Source of the DNA: an uncultured Collinsella sp.
GTDB taxonomy: Bacteria > Actinomycetota > Coriobacteriia > Coriobacteriales > Coriobacteriaceae
Direction: 5' to 3'
Assembly (NCBI GenBank): GCA_900542175.1
Contig: UQNC01000001.1
Coordinates: 6,831-70,830 of the forward strand
Length of the DNA stretch: 64,000 nucleotides
In this document: positions 45,574 through 56,035 of the stretch, piece after piece
Layout: each line of letters starts with the position of its first letter
Numbering within the stretch: the first letter of the stretch is position 1
Position numbers and translations under genes: made by a program
Notes under the pieces: model-generated
The model's input: only the letters and a program-made list of their open reading frames with translations
Database searches by the model: none
What the model was told of the DNA's origin: nothing

Positions 45574-46518
45574 TTAGTTGCCCGATGCCGTGTCTTGGCT
45601 CGAGCTGTCTGATGCCGTGCCGGAAGCGGTTCCGCTCGAGCTGTTGGTGTTGCTATTGTCGGTAGATCCCGTGCCCGATGCATTGCCGCTCGTCTGGTCG
45701 CCTGTGCTCGGTTGAGAGCCGTCAGTCGTTTGGCTTGAGTCAGTCGTGCTGGATTGCGTGCCACTGTTGGCCGTAGAGGAATCGGCGCCCTGCGATTGAT
45801 CGGGGGTGTTCGATGACGAGTCGGTGGATGCGGAGTTGCCCTGCGGGTCGTCCTGCTGGCTTTGCGATTGACCGGAGCTATCCGCGTCGTGCTCGGTCGT
45901 ATGCGACGAAAGGATCGGCTCGGGGCGCTCGCCCAGGCCCTCACCGGCAGTGGTGATAAGGATGGCGCCGGCGCAGGCGATGACCGCGACGATGGCGATG
46001 GCGATCGAGAAGATGATGACCTTCTTTTGCGTCTGGCTGCGCTCTGCCGCCGCCTTGGCGCGCAGGCTGTCGGGGGCGACGCGCGCCGTGGTCGCGCGCC
46101 CTGCAATCTGGCGCATCTCCTGGGTAGTTGCGGCGCCGCCTAAGTGCTCCTCGGCATTAAACTCAACGGGTTCATAGGCGCCGGCGGGGTAGTCGACGTC
46201 GGCGTGCGTACCTTTGAGGGCTTTGGCGCTGGCGGAGATAAAGTGGCGGTAGACCTGCGAGGACACAACGGTGATGACCGAGCTCACGGCGGCGCCAATT
46301 ACTGAACCGGCAATACCAATCTTGGAAGCAAGCGCGACGCTCGTGGCGGCGGCTGCGGCGCCGGCGATGATCTGGGGAATGGAAATGTCATCGAACAGGC
46401 CCTTTTTGGGCGTGATGGCCATGGTCTGTCCGATGGAATGGTTTTCGTGAACGCCGTTGTTGAGCGCGGCTGGTGTCATGACGCGCGTGCGCGGCGCGTC
46501 GGTGTACTTGGTTGTCAT
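45574..46518 (-). CDS. membrane protein with Ser/Thr/Asp-rich extracytoplasmic tail
   Basis: GGGAGGG RBS before the ATG at 46518; two hydrophobic segments, then an approx. 130-aa S/T/D/Q-rich low-complexity tail. Confidence 0.55.
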   Translation of the reverse strand: MTTKYTDAPRTRVMTPAALNNGVHENHSIGQTMAITPKKGLFDDISIPQIIAGAAAAATSVALASKIGIAGSVIGAAVSSVITVVSSQVYRHFISASAKALKGTHADVDYPAGAYEPVEFNAEEHLGGAATTQEMRQIAGRATTARVAPDSLRAKAAAERSQTQKKVIIFSIAIAIVAVIACAGAILITTAGEGLGERPEPILSSHTTEHDADSSGQSQSQQDDPQGNSASTDSSSNTPDQSQGADSSTANSGTQSSTTDSSQTTDGSQPSTGDQTSGNASGTGSTDNSNTNSSSGTASGTASDSSSQDTASGN

Positions 46519-46721
46519 ACGGGGCCCTCCCGGTGTAAATCTGCTTCGTTTCATGTAGCCATCAGGGTACCCACCAGATGTGAATCGTACGTGACATTTA
46601 ACAGATATCATCAACTCATCAATTGCTCACCAAGTTGGTGGGATGCGGTTACACCCGGCGGTTGAACTACAATAGGGCTTGCTAATTGTTGTGAATGGCG
46701 TCTACGCACGGGAGCATTCTT

Positions 46722-48701
46722 ATGAATCTTCACCTTTCTCAGTCTGATGGCTTTTTGCGTGTGGCGGCGGCGTCGCCGCGGATTCGCGTGGCCGATGTCG
46801 AGGGCAATGCCGAGGTTGCGCTGGCGGCTGTTCGCGAGGCTACCGAGCGCGGCGTCCGCGTGCTGGTGCTGCCCGAGCTTAACCTGACCGGCTATACCGC
46901 GGCTGATCTGTTCCATAACCGTACATTGCTGCATGCCTGCGAGACCGCACTGGCACATATTCTCGATGAAACCCGCGAGCTGCCGATTGTCTTTACCATC
47001 GGTCTTCCCGTTGCAGTTGCCGAGAATATCTACAACTGCGCCGCCGTGTGCTGCGCGGGCGAGCTTTTGGGTCTTACGGCCAAGAAGTATCTGCCCAACT
47101 ATGGCGAGTTCTACGAGCGCCGCTGGTTTGCTCCGGCGCCCGCAGATCCTGTGTGGGTCGAGTTTGCCGGTCAGGGTCCGGTTCCGCTGGGTTCGGGGCT
47201 TGTCTACCGCTGCTGTGATGAAGGTGCCGAGGACATGATGCTGGGCGTTGAGGTCTGCGAGGACCTGTGGGTGCCGGCGCCCCCTTCGACCGAGATGGCG
47301 CTTGCCGGTGCGACGGTGATCCTCAACCCGTCGGCCTCGGACGAGATTATCGGTAAGGCAGACTATCGCCGCAGCCTCATCTCCAATCAGAGTGCGCGCC
47401 TGTACTGTGCCTATGCCTATGCAGATGCGAGCGAGGGCGAGTCCACGACCGACATGGTCTTTGCGGGCGAGAACCTCGTCTACGAAAACGGATCTAAGCT
47501 CGCCGCCACGAAGCTCCTCACCTGCGATATGGCCGTCGCCGACGTTGACCTTGACCGCCTGGTTGCCGAGCGTCGCCGCTCGACGACGTGGACGCGCGCG
47601 GACGATGCGCCGGAGGCCACGACCATCGAGTTTTCGTTTGAGGGCGTGCTGGTTGAAGAACCTGTCCTGCGCGATGCGCTCGACATCGGCCGTGTCTTCC
47701 CCCGCGCGCCCTTTGTGCCGGCCGACCATGGCGACCTGGCCGAGCGTTGCGAGACCATCCTCGACCTGCAGACCGCCGGCCTCAAGACGCGCCTTGCCCA
47801 CACGGGCACCAAAGCTGCGGTCATCGGTCTTTCGGGTGGCTTGGACTCCACGCTGGCACTGCTTGTGACCGTGCGTGCCTTCGATGCGCTGGGGCTGCCG
47901 CGCACGGGTATCACGGCGGTCTCCATGCCAGGTTTTGGCACGACGCATCGCACTAAGTCGAATGCCGAGTCGCTCGCCCGCGACCTGGGCGTGGGCTTCC
48001 GTGAGGTTTCGATTCACGCGGCCGTGGAACAGCACTTTACGGATATTGAACACGACCCGGCAGTTCAGGATGTGACCTACGAGAACAGCCAGGCGCGCGA
48101 GCGTACGCAGATTCTGATGGACCTGGCCAACCAGGCTGGCGGCTTTGTCATCGGCACCGGCGACCTGTCGGAGCTGGCGCTCGGCTGGGCTACCTATAAC
48201 GGCGACCACATGAGCATGTACGCCGTCAACGCGAGCGTGCCCAAGACGCTTGTGCGCCATCTGGTGCGCTATGCGGCTGATGTCTTTGGCGGGCGTATCG
48301 CCGAGGTCTTGCTCGACATTCTCGATACGCCGGTGTCCCCCGAGCTTCTGCCGCCCACGGGCGACGGCGAGATTGCACAGAAGACTGAGGATTTGGTGGG
48401 TCCGTACGAGTTGCACGACTACTTCCTCTACTACCTGCTGCGTTTTGGCTTTGAGCCGGGCAAGATCTACCGCATGGCGCTCAAGAGTTTCGAGGGTGTC
48501 TACGACGCCGAGATCGTCCACACGTGGCTGCGCACGTTCTATCGTCGCTTCTTTGCCCAGCAGTTTAAGCGCAGCTGCCTGCCCGATGGTCCCAAGGTGG
48601 GCTCGGTGACGCTCAGCCCGCGCGGCGATTGGCGTATGCCGAGTGACGCTAGCTCGCGTCTGTGGCTTGCGCAGATCGACGCACTCAATGCAATTGACTG
48701 A
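46722..48701 (+). CDS. nadE: glutamine-dependent NAD+ synthetase (nitrilase domain + NAD synthetase domain)
   Basis: CN-hydrolase N-terminal half and a GLSGGLDS PP-loop in the C-terminal half. Confidence 0.9.
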   Translation: MNLHLSQSDGFLRVAAASPRIRVADVEGNAEVALAAVREATERGVRVLVLPELNLTGYTAADLFHNRTLLHACETALAHILDETRELPIVFTIGLPVAVAENIYNCAAVCCAGELLGLTAKKYLPNYGEFYERRWFAPAPADPVWVEFAGQGPVPLGSGLVYRCCDEGAEDMMLGVEVCEDLWVPAPPSTEMALAGATVILNPSASDEIIGKADYRRSLISNQSARLYCAYAYADASEGESTTDMVFAGENLVYENGSKLAATKLLTCDMAVADVDLDRLVAERRRSTTWTRADDAPEATTIEFSFEGVLVEEPVLRDALDIGRVFPRAPFVPADHGDLAERCETILDLQTAGLKTRLAHTGTKAAVIGLSGGLDSTLALLVTVRAFDALGLPRTGITAVSMPGFGTTHRTKSNAESLARDLGVGFREVSIHAAVEQHFTDIEHDPAVQDVTYENSQARERTQILMDLANQAGGFVIGTGDLSELALGWATYNGDHMSMYAVNASVPKTLVRHLVRYAADVFGGRIAEVLLDILDTPVSPELLPPTGDGEIAQKTEDLVGPYELHDYFLYYLLRFGFEPGKIYRMALKSFEGVYDAEIVHTWLRTFYRRFFAQQFKRSCLPDGPKVGSVTLSPRGDWRMPSDASSRLWLAQIDALNAID

Positions 48702-48819
48702 GGTTGGCTAAATTGAACCAATACGGGGTTTGTAAGCGTTACACTTTTGCAATCTGATGGCCCGTATCGCGCGGCGCTCTTGTCGGAGCGCCGCGTTTTT
48801 TATATCGAAAGGTGGCACC

Positions 48820-49983
48820 ATGCAGGCATCGCAGCGTCTCGAGCGCTTTGGCGCGGAGGTCTTCGCCTCGCTCAACAACAAACTGCTTGCGCTGAAGGCT
48901 CAGGGCAAGACCATTTACAACATGAGCGTGGGCACGCCCGACTTTAAGCCGTACGACCACGTGGTCGATGCGCTCACACAAGCCGCCCAGGATCCCGAGA
49001 TGTGGAAGTACGCCCTGCGCGACCTGCCCGAACTCAAGCAAGCCGTGTGCGATTACTATGAGCGCCGCTTTGGCGTTTCGGGCATTACGCCGTCCATGGT
49101 GCAGTCGTGCAACGGCACACAGGAGGGCGTGGGTCATTTGGGCCTGGCTCTGCTCGATCCGGGTGATACCATCCTGGTGCCCGATCCGTGCTATCCGGTC
49201 TTTGAGGCGGGCGCTAAGATTGCCGATGCCAAGCTCGAGTACTATCCGCTGGTTGCCGAGCACAATTACTTGCCCTATGTGGCGGGCATCGATCCCGAGG
49301 TGGCCGACCGTGCCAAGTACATGATCGTGTCACTGCCCGCCAATCCGGTGGGCTCGGTGGGCACGCCCGAGATCTACGAGGAGATCATCGCTTTCGCCCA
49401 CGAGCACGACCTGTTGATCGTCCACGACAACGCATACTCGGACATTGTGTTCGACGGCGAGCCGGGCGGCAGCTTCTTGCAGTATCCCGGCGCGCTCGAG
49501 GTGGGCGTTGAGTTCTTCTCGCTTTCCAAGTCGTTTAACGTCACCGGTGCGCGCATCGGCTTTTTGGTCGGTCGCGAGGATGTGGTCTCGGCCTTTGCCA
49601 AGCTGCGTGGCCAGATCGACTTCGGTATGTTCTTCCCGATCCAGAAGGCTGCTATCGCTTGCCTGAACGGTCCGCGCGATGAGGTCGAGGCGCAGCGTCT
49701 GAAGTACCAGGAGCGCCGCGATGCTCTGTGCGACGGTCTTGAGGGCCTGGGCTGGGAGCGTCCCAACGCGCATGGCTCTATGTTTGTGTGGGCCAAGCTT
49801 CCTGGCGGTCGCACCGATTCCATGGCGTTTTGCGAGGAGCTCATGGAGAAGGCCGGCGTTGTGGTGACGCCGGGCGCGAGCTTTGGTCCTTCGGGCGAGG
49901 GACACGTGCGCATGGCGCTGGTCCTGCCGCCCGATCAGATCGCTTTGGCTGTCGAGGCCATTCGCGAGGCGGGCCTGTATTAG
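48820..49983 (+). CDS. class I/II PLP-dependent aminotransferase
   Basis: SLSKSFNVTGARIG lysine-PLP region. The exact substrate cannot be determined from sequence. Confidence 0.85.
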   Translation: MQASQRLERFGAEVFASLNNKLLALKAQGKTIYNMSVGTPDFKPYDHVVDALTQAAQDPEMWKYALRDLPELKQAVCDYYERRFGVSGITPSMVQSCNGTQEGVGHLGLALLDPGDTILVPDPCYPVFEAGAKIADAKLEYYPLVAEHNYLPYVAGIDPEVADRAKYMIVSLPANPVGSVGTPEIYEEIIAFAHEHDLLIVHDNAYSDIVFDGEPGGSFLQYPGALEVGVEFFSLSKSFNVTGARIGFLVGREDVVSAFAKLRGQIDFGMFFPIQKAAIACLNGPRDEVEAQRLKYQERRDALCDGLEGLGWERPNAHGSMFVWAKLPGGRTDSMAFCEELMEKAGVVVTPGASFGPSGEGHVRMALVLPPDQIALAVEAIREAGLY

Positions 49984-50184
49984 AAAGTTGTCTCGGCTCG
50001 TCAATAGCTCGAAACCGATTTCGTGCAGTTATTTTACGAACTCTGCAAACAATTTCGGTAAACGGTCGATTTTTGGCTGCGAATAGGAGCATAATCAAAG
50101 TCCCGATTGGATGTATTGGGATTACGGCAAGCCGCTCGGGTCGTTCCCGGGCGGCTTGTTTGTGGAGAGAGATGGGAGTTTCTA

Positions 50185-51135
50185 ATGGTTAACGAGAAGA
50201 AGGTCGCTATTGTCGGCTGCGGTTTCGTCGGTTCGTCTTCGGCGTTCGCGCTGATGCAGAGTGGTCTGTTCTCTGAGATGGTCCTCATCGACGTGGACAA
50301 GAACCGCGCCGAGGGCGAGGCCCTGGATATCGCGCACGGCATGACGTTTGCCGAGCCGATGAAGATCTACGCCGGCGATTATTCCGATGTCGCCGACGCC
50401 GCCATGATCGTCGTCACCGCTGGCGCTGCCCAGAAGCCCGGTGAGACCCGCCTGGACCTGGTCAACAAGAACGTCAACATCTTTAAGTCCATTATCCCCG
50501 AGATTAAGAAGTCCGGCTTTGACGGCATTCTGCTCATCGTCTCCAACCCGGTCGATGTTCTGACCTATGCCGCCATCAAGATGTCCGGCCTGCCCGAGGG
50601 CCATGTCATCGGCTCCGGTACCGTGCTCGACACCGGTCGCCTGCAGCAGATGCTTGGTGCCCACGTCGAGGTTGACCCGCGCGACGTTCAGGCCTATGTC
50701 ATGGGTGAGCACGGCGACTCCGAGTTTGTCGCTTGGTCCAGCGCTCAGGTTGCCGGCGTTCCGCTGAACACCTTCTGCGAGCTTCACGGCCACCTGGAGC
50801 ACGAAGCCGCCGAGAAGCGTATTGCCGAGGACGTCAAGAACTCCGCCTACACCATCATCGAGAAGAAGCACGCCACCTACTATGGCGTCGCCATGGCCGT
50901 CAAGCGTATCTGCACCGCCGTCATGCGCGATGAGCAGACCGTTCTGCCTGTCTCCTCGCTCATGGTGGGCGAGTACGGCCTGTCCGATCTGGCCATCTCC
51001 ATGCCGACGGTCGTTGGCCGCGACGGCGTCGTTTGCCGCGTTCCCGTGCCGCTGAACGATGACGAGCAGCATGAGCTCACCGTCTCTGCAAAGGCCCTTA
51101 AGGACATCATCGACAGCGTCGACTTCTCCTGCTAA
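50185..51135 (+). CDS. ldh: L-lactate dehydrogenase
   Basis: VAIVGCGFVGSS NAD-binding motif; LIVSNPVD; GEHGDS. Confidence 0.9.
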   Translation: MVNEKKVAIVGCGFVGSSSAFALMQSGLFSEMVLIDVDKNRAEGEALDIAHGMTFAEPMKIYAGDYSDVADAAMIVVTAGAAQKPGETRLDLVNKNVNIFKSIIPEIKKSGFDGILLIVSNPVDVLTYAAIKMSGLPEGHVIGSGTVLDTGRLQQMLGAHVEVDPRDVQAYVMGEHGDSEFVAWSSAQVAGVPLNTFCELHGHLEHEAAEKRIAEDVKNSAYTIIEKKHATYYGVAMAVKRICTAVMRDEQTVLPVSSLMVGEYGLSDLAISMPTVVGRDGVVCRVPVPLNDDEQHELTVSAKALKDIIDSVDFSC

Positions 51136-51159
51136 ATCAAGCTCGCTAGAGCGAAAAGC

Positions 51160-51200
51160 TACAATGAAGGCGTCCGGGTCCACACGGCCCGGGCGCCTTT
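51160..51200 (+). terminator. rho-independent terminator after ldh
   Basis: GGCGTCCGGGTCcacacGGCCCGGGCGCC followed by TTTTTGG. Confidence 0.7.
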
Positions 51201-51244
51201 TTGGTGCAAAGTAACCTGACCCCAATGCACCATCCCTATACACC

Positions 51245-52423
51245 ATGGTTGATGGGAGGGCCATGTCGGATTCGCCTAATTTTTTGACCTATGCCCAGAC
51301 GGCGTTTGATCCGTTTGAGGAGCGGCCGTTCTGCGCGGTGGATAGCCTGGTCTTTGCGTGGTTGTCCTATTTGCGTTTGCCGGGTGATATGGCAGAGCTG
51401 ACGAACTGGCAGGGCCTAGACGTACGCGAGCTGCTGCGTGCCGAGTGCTACCGGGACATGATTGACGACTTGTGGGATCCAGAGGGGAGCAGGGCCTTAT
51501 TGGAGGCCGTGGCAGCAAGCCCTCGCTACCGTGGCGTGCACGTTTGCGGCTATCGTGCCGTGAGCGATGTGGTGGCGACAGAGCAGTTTGCAGCCATGGC
51601 GTTCCGGTTTCCGGCGGGGTTTAGCTATCTTTCCTTCCGGGGGACCGACAGCACGATTGTGGGCTGGAAAGAGGACTTTAACATGGCGTTCCGGTGTCCT
51701 GTGCCGGCCCAGGAATCCGCGGCGCGTTATGTGGACGAGGCGGCGGATGCGATTGACGGGCCGCTCTTGTGCGGAGGCCATTCCAAGGGCGGAAATCTGG
51801 CTGTGTATGGTGCAGCGATGTGCTCAAGCGGTGCTCGCAACCGGATTGAGCTGGTCTTCTCCCACGATGGCCCTGGCTTTGTCGAGGAGTTTCTGAACGG
51901 AGACGCCTTTGCGAGCCTTTCTGGTCGTATTGATAAAACCCTGCCCCAGTCTTCGATCTTCGGCATGATGTTCGAGACGCAAGAGGACTACGCTATCGTC
52001 GAAAGCACCGAGTTTAGCCTGCTGCAACACAATCCCTTTAGCTGGGTGGTCGACGGCTGCGATTTTGTGTATTGCGAACGCCTGTCTGCTGGCGCGCGAT
52101 ATGTTGATGGCTCTATTCGCGAGATGCTGCTTGCAGTGTCACCTGGCGAGCGCGAGCGTTTTGTAGATGCGTTGTTCTCCGTGTTTGAGGCTACGGGCGC
52201 CGAACGTTTTGCGGATATCGCCGGGAACATGCGCGAGAACCTGCCTGTGATGCTCCGGGCCGCCCAAGGCTTTGACAAGGATACGCGCCATTTTGTTTCG
52301 CAGACCATCGCGGCAATTCTTAGATGTGCATTGCTGCCCAAACGCCCTCAGATCGACATGTCCGCTGCCGGTAAGAGTCTGGCAGAACAACTCGAGGCCT
52401 GGCAGTCCGAGCTCCTGCGTTAA
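51245..52423 (+). CDS. DUF2974 (Mbeg1-like) alpha/beta-hydrolase-fold protein
   Basis: CGGHSKGGNLAVY nucleophile-elbow-like GxSxG motif. Confidence 0.6.
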   Translation: MVDGRAMSDSPNFLTYAQTAFDPFEERPFCAVDSLVFAWLSYLRLPGDMAELTNWQGLDVRELLRAECYRDMIDDLWDPEGSRALLEAVAASPRYRGVHVCGYRAVSDVVATEQFAAMAFRFPAGFSYLSFRGTDSTIVGWKEDFNMAFRCPVPAQESAARYVDEAADAIDGPLLCGGHSKGGNLAVYGAAMCSSGARNRIELVFSHDGPGFVEEFLNGDAFASLSGRIDKTLPQSSIFGMMFETQEDYAIVESTEFSLLQHNPFSWVVDGCDFVYCERLSAGARYVDGSIREMLLAVSPGERERFVDALFSVFEATGAERFADIAGNMRENLPVMLRAAQGFDKDTRHFVSQTIAAILRCALLPKRPQIDMSAAGKSLAEQLEAWQSELLR

Positions 52424-52525
52424 CCATTGGTGCAGAGAAACCTGGCCCCAATGCAGCAATCTTCGATGCGCTTGGGGCGGGCTCGACCGCTATACTGGTT
52501 CGTGCCGAAATCGATCTAGAACGGA

Positions 52526-53539
52526 ATGCCGTATATGAAAATCAATCACGCGATTCTGCATATCCTGGACTTTGACTCTGCCGTTAACGTTATGAGCCAG
52601 CGCGAGCTCGATATCGAAAGCCGTACCGTGCGCAACTTCGTGACCACGCATCTGCGCCGCGCACGAACCTCGGCCGACAATAAACGTGCCACGTTTGCCG
52701 AGAACTCTGCGTTTGGCGGCGAGCTCAAGGGCTATTTCTTCGGCGAGCGCGAGTTCGTGGACCTGTCGCAGCAGATTGCGGAGTTTATCTCCTCCGAGCT
52801 CACCAAAGCCGAGAAAGCCGAGTCCACCGACGTGCTCGTGGCCGATTTTGACGACGATGAGGATGCCCGCTGGTTTGCCGTGATGCTGTTGGGCTCCAAG
52901 CAGGCTTTTATGCACGAAGTGGGCCGCGAGGAGGGGGAGGTGCGCAATGACATCGCGCGCCACTACGCTATTCTGCCAAACCCCTCGCAAAAGGTGCCAA
53001 GCTATGCCATCGTGCGCGCGAGCACCATGGAGATCGGCTACGTGGACAAGAAGCGCAAGATTGCCGGCGAGGACCGTATGCTTATCCCCGATGGCCTGCT
53101 GCAGTGCGACACGGGTGTATCGGGCAAGGAGGTCATCGACACCGTGACGCGTGTGGTCGAGGAAGTCGCCGAGGAGCATGGTGCCAATACGGCCGTGGCA
53201 CTCGCCAAGGTTAAGGCTGCCGTTGCCGAGAAGGTTGAGGATGACGAGGAGCTGCCGCCTTGGGATATCGTCGATGAGGTCTTTGAGGACGAACCGGTCA
53301 TCAAGGAAAGCGTGCGCGCGGCACTGACCGAGGAGAAGGTTCCCGAGCACGTTCCCGTGGAGCGCAAGCAGGTCGAGCGCGCTGCCGTGCGCAATCACAA
53401 GATCCGTACCGACACGGGTATCGAAATCAGCTTCCCGGCCGAGATGGGTTCGAATTCCGAGTACATCGAGTTCGTCAACGAGCCCAACGGCCTCATCTCC
53501 ATCGAGCTCAAAAACATCGGTAGTATCGAGAATCGATAG
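52526..53539 (+). CDS. nucleoid-associated protein NdpA/YejK-like
   Basis: N-terminal INHAILHILDF pattern and an acidic C-terminal half. The family call is tentative. Confidence 0.45.
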   Translation: MPYMKINHAILHILDFDSAVNVMSQRELDIESRTVRNFVTTHLRRARTSADNKRATFAENSAFGGELKGYFFGEREFVDLSQQIAEFISSELTKAEKAESTDVLVADFDDDEDARWFAVMLLGSKQAFMHEVGREEGEVRNDIARHYAILPNPSQKVPSYAIVRASTMEIGYVDKKRKIAGEDRMLIPDGLLQCDTGVSGKEVIDTVTRVVEEVAEEHGANTAVALAKVKAAVAEKVEDDEELPPWDIVDEVFEDEPVIKESVRAALTEEKVPEHVPVERKQVERAAVRNHKIRTDTGIEISFPAEMGSNSEYIEFVNEPNGLISIELKNIGSIENR

Positions 53540-53558
53540 GGCTTTTTCTTTCGAATAA

Positions 53559-53601
53559 AAGTCTGGATTATATTTTGAAGTATACTTTGAAATATAATCC
53601 A
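53559..53601. promoter_or_regulatory. TA-operon operator palindrome in a low-GC leader
   Basis: TCTGGATTATATTTtgaagtatactttgAAATATAATCCAGA has perfect 14-bp arms. Confidence 0.45.
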
Positions 53602-53622
53602 GATTATTTTTTGGAGGTCAAA

Positions 53623-53973
53623 ATGTCCCCACTCGTTCTGGAAAAACCGGTGTTTACAAAAGACCAGGTTGTTTCTGCTACCGAAGCAAGCAAGTCCTTA
53701 TCTGCCATTCGTAAACGCGCAAAACGCGCGCCTCAGTTCATTGCTGATCATAATGATATCGATACCGTGATTATCGACTATGCTGCCTATGAGGAAATGT
53801 ACGGCGCGCTGCAGTATCTGCATGAACTTGAGATAAATCGCATCGCTGCGGATCGAGTCAAGCATGGTCCGCATGAGTTTGTTCCGTTTGAGGACGCCTT
53901 AACTGCCGAGGAGCTCGCGGAGCTTGAGTCGATGGATTCGGACGCGATTCCCGACGAGGATCTTTTCGAATGA
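53623..53973 (+). CDS. type II antitoxin, Phd/YefM family
   Basis: GGAGG RBS. VSATEASKSLSAIRKRA...DIDTVIIDYAAYEEM fits the Phd/YefM fold, with an acidic C-terminal tail. Confidence 0.6.
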   Translation: MSPLVLEKPVFTKDQVVSATEASKSLSAIRKRAKRAPQFIADHNDIDTVIIDYAAYEEMYGALQYLHELEINRIAADRVKHGPHEFVPFEDALTAEELAELESMDSDAIPDEDLFE

Positions 53974-54314
53974 GCGGGCATTTTGTTGTCGGCTTTTTGA
54001 ATCGAGACGTCGAGAAGGAATATCAAAAACTAGATGGATCCCAGCGCAGGCTCGTCCGTATTGCCGTCGCAAAATTAAAGACGCGCGCTGATGAAATCGG
54101 AACGCCGCTTCACGGCGAGCTCGCCGGCTGCAAAAAGATTAAATGGCGGAATGCGGGACTCAGAATGGTTTTCCGAATCCGAGAGGACGGAATGGTTGAG
54201 ATTGCCGAGATTGTGGCAATAGGGCGGCGCGATCGTTCCGAGGTCTATAAGACGGCCGTAGGGCGTCTGTCAAAGCAACCCGCCATGGTTGAATACGATG
54301 GAACCCTGAGATAA
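53970..54314 (+). CDS. type II toxin, RelE/ParE family
   Basis: Overlaps the antitoxin gene by ATGA. KKIKWRNAGLRMVFRI...IVAIGRRDRSEVY core. Confidence 0.7.
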   Translation: MSGHFVVGFLNRDVEKEYQKLDGSQRRLVRIAVAKLKTRADEIGTPLHGELAGCKKIKWRNAGLRMVFRIREDGMVEIAEIVAIGRRDRSEVYKTAVGRLSKQPAMVEYDGTLR

Positions 54315-54352
54315 AGAAGGCCGAAGTCCCGGGCGGGGCTTCGGCCTTCTTG
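54315..54352 (+). terminator. terminator after the TA operon
   Basis: AAGAAGGCCGAAGTCCcgggcGGGGCTTCGGCCTTCTT. Confidence 0.7.
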
Positions 54353-54535
54353 CTTGGGGCTTAATTACGCTACAGGTTGAGCGTACGTCAGCGAAAAAGC
54401 CCCAGAGCGAGCAAGGTGACGTGAAAGAGGAGGGCATTGACCTTCTGGTCATGCCCGACGATTGAACGTCAGATTGCCGCTCTGGGTCGTTTGCAGCGTC
54501 GACTTGTTACGCGGTTTGTCAAAACCGCGTAACTA

Positions 54536-55255
54536 TTAAAGCTTGCGCAGACCTTCCTCGAGACCGGTCTTGCTGTCGGTCTGGGCGTCGCGCATCTTGA
54601 TGACGCGGGCGGGGACACCGGCCACGACGGCGCCGGCGGGGACGTCCTCGACGCACACGGCACCGGCGGCCACGACGGCGCCCTTGCCCACGCGCACGCC
54701 CTCCAGGACCACGGCGTTGGCGCCAATCATGACATCATCCTCGATGATGACGGGCGTGGCGCTGGCGGGCTCTACAACGCCTGCCAACACGGTGCCGGCG
54801 CCGATGTGGCAGTTCTTGCCCACGGTGGCGCGGCCGCCCAGCACGGCGCCCATGTCGATCATGGAGCCTTCGCCAATGACGGAGCCGATGTTGATGATGG
54901 CGCCCATCATGATGACGGCGCGGTCGCCGATTTCGACGCGGTCGCGGATGATCGCGCCCGGCTCAATGCGGGCGTTGATGCCCTTAAGGTCGAGCATGGG
55001 GACGGCGGAGTTGCGGCAGTCGTTCTCCACATCGTAGTAGTCGATGGAGTCGGCATTGGCATCGAGGATGGCCTTGAGCTCATCCCAGTCGCCAAAGACG
55101 GTCTTGCCACGACGACCGCCGTAGACGTGTGCATTGCCCCACTGGACCTTCATGCCCGGCTTCTCGCGCACATAAAGCTTGACAGGCGTCTTTTTAGGCG
55201 CGGTGGCGATGTAGTTGATAATCTCCTGTGCATCCATCTCGGCTGCGTTGCTCAT
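54536..55255 (-). CDS. dapH: 2,3,4,5-tetrahydropyridine-2,6-dicarboxylate N-acetyltransferase
   Basis: Alignable along its whole length to B. subtilis DapH (YkuQ); hexapeptide-repeat left-handed beta-helix. Confidence 0.9.
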   Translation of the reverse strand: MSNAAEMDAQEIINYIATAPKKTPVKLYVREKPGMKVQWGNAHVYGGRRGKTVFGDWDELKAILDANADSIDYYDVENDCRNSAVPMLDLKGINARIEPGAIIRDRVEIGDRAVIMMGAIINIGSVIGEGSMIDMGAVLGGRATVGKNCHIGAGTVLAGVVEPASATPVIIEDDVMIGANAVVLEGVRVGKGAVVAAGAVCVEDVPAGAVVAGVPARVIKMRDAQTDSKTGLEEGLRKL

Positions 55256-55294
55256 TTGCTATCTCTCCTTTGGGTGGATTCGGTTGATACCTGG

Positions 55295-56035
55295 TTAGGC
55301 AAACATGACCTGGTCGAACGTATAGAAGCCGGGTTCGCGGGTGACGAGCTTCTGCGCGGCTGCCAAGGCGCCGTTGACAAAGATCTGACGGCTCGTGGCG
55401 CGGTGGGTGAGCGTGACCTCCTCGTCCTGGCCAAAGAAACTCACCTCGTGCACGCCGGCGACGGTGCCGCCGCGCAGCGAGTGCATACCGATCTCCTTGG
55501 GGTCACGCGCGCCGCACATGCCCTCGCGACCGTAGACAGGATGATAACCAGCCTCGGGCTCGGCCTCGACCACGGCGTCGAGTAGCAGCTTGGCGGTGCC
55601 GCTGGGGGCATCGACCTTTTGGTTATGGTGTGTCTCGACGATTTCGCAGTCAAAGCCGGGCAGTTCGCGCGTGGCCTGTGCAACCAGATGGCGCAGGGCG
55701 GCGATGCCGATAGAGTAGTTGCCCGAGTGCATGACACGGGCATTCTGGCCCAGCTCGCGCAGGCGGTCCATCTGCTCAGGCGAATAGCCCGTGGTGCCGG
55801 AAACGAGTGCGGCGCCCGTGCGCTCGACATAGGCGACGACGGCATCGAAGGTCACGACGTTCGAGAAGTCGATGATGACGTCGGCTGCCGGGGCGCTCTC
55901 GAGATCGGACAGATCAAAACCGATCTGGGCGACGATATCAAAAACGGGCTGACCGGCGGCGTCGACAACGCCCTCGGCGGTGGTGCGGATGAGCGAGCCC
56001 ATGCGGCCCGTTCCCATAATGACGGTCTTAATCAA
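55295..56035 (-). CDS. dapB: 4-hydroxy-tetrahydrodipicolinate reductase
   Basis: IKTVIMGTGRMG Rossmann fold and DapB family core. Confidence 0.9.
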   Translation of the reverse strand: MIKTVIMGTGRMGSLIRTTAEGVVDAAGQPVFDIVAQIGFDLSDLESAPAADVIIDFSNVVTFDAVVAYVERTGAALVSGTTGYSPEQMDRLRELGQNARVMHSGNYSIGIAALRHLVAQATRELPGFDCEIVETHHNQKVDAPSGTAKLLLDAVVEAEPEAGYHPVYGREGMCGARDPKEIGMHSLRGGTVAGVHEVSFFGQDEEVTLTHRATSRQIFVNGALAAAQKLVTREPGFYTFDQVMFA

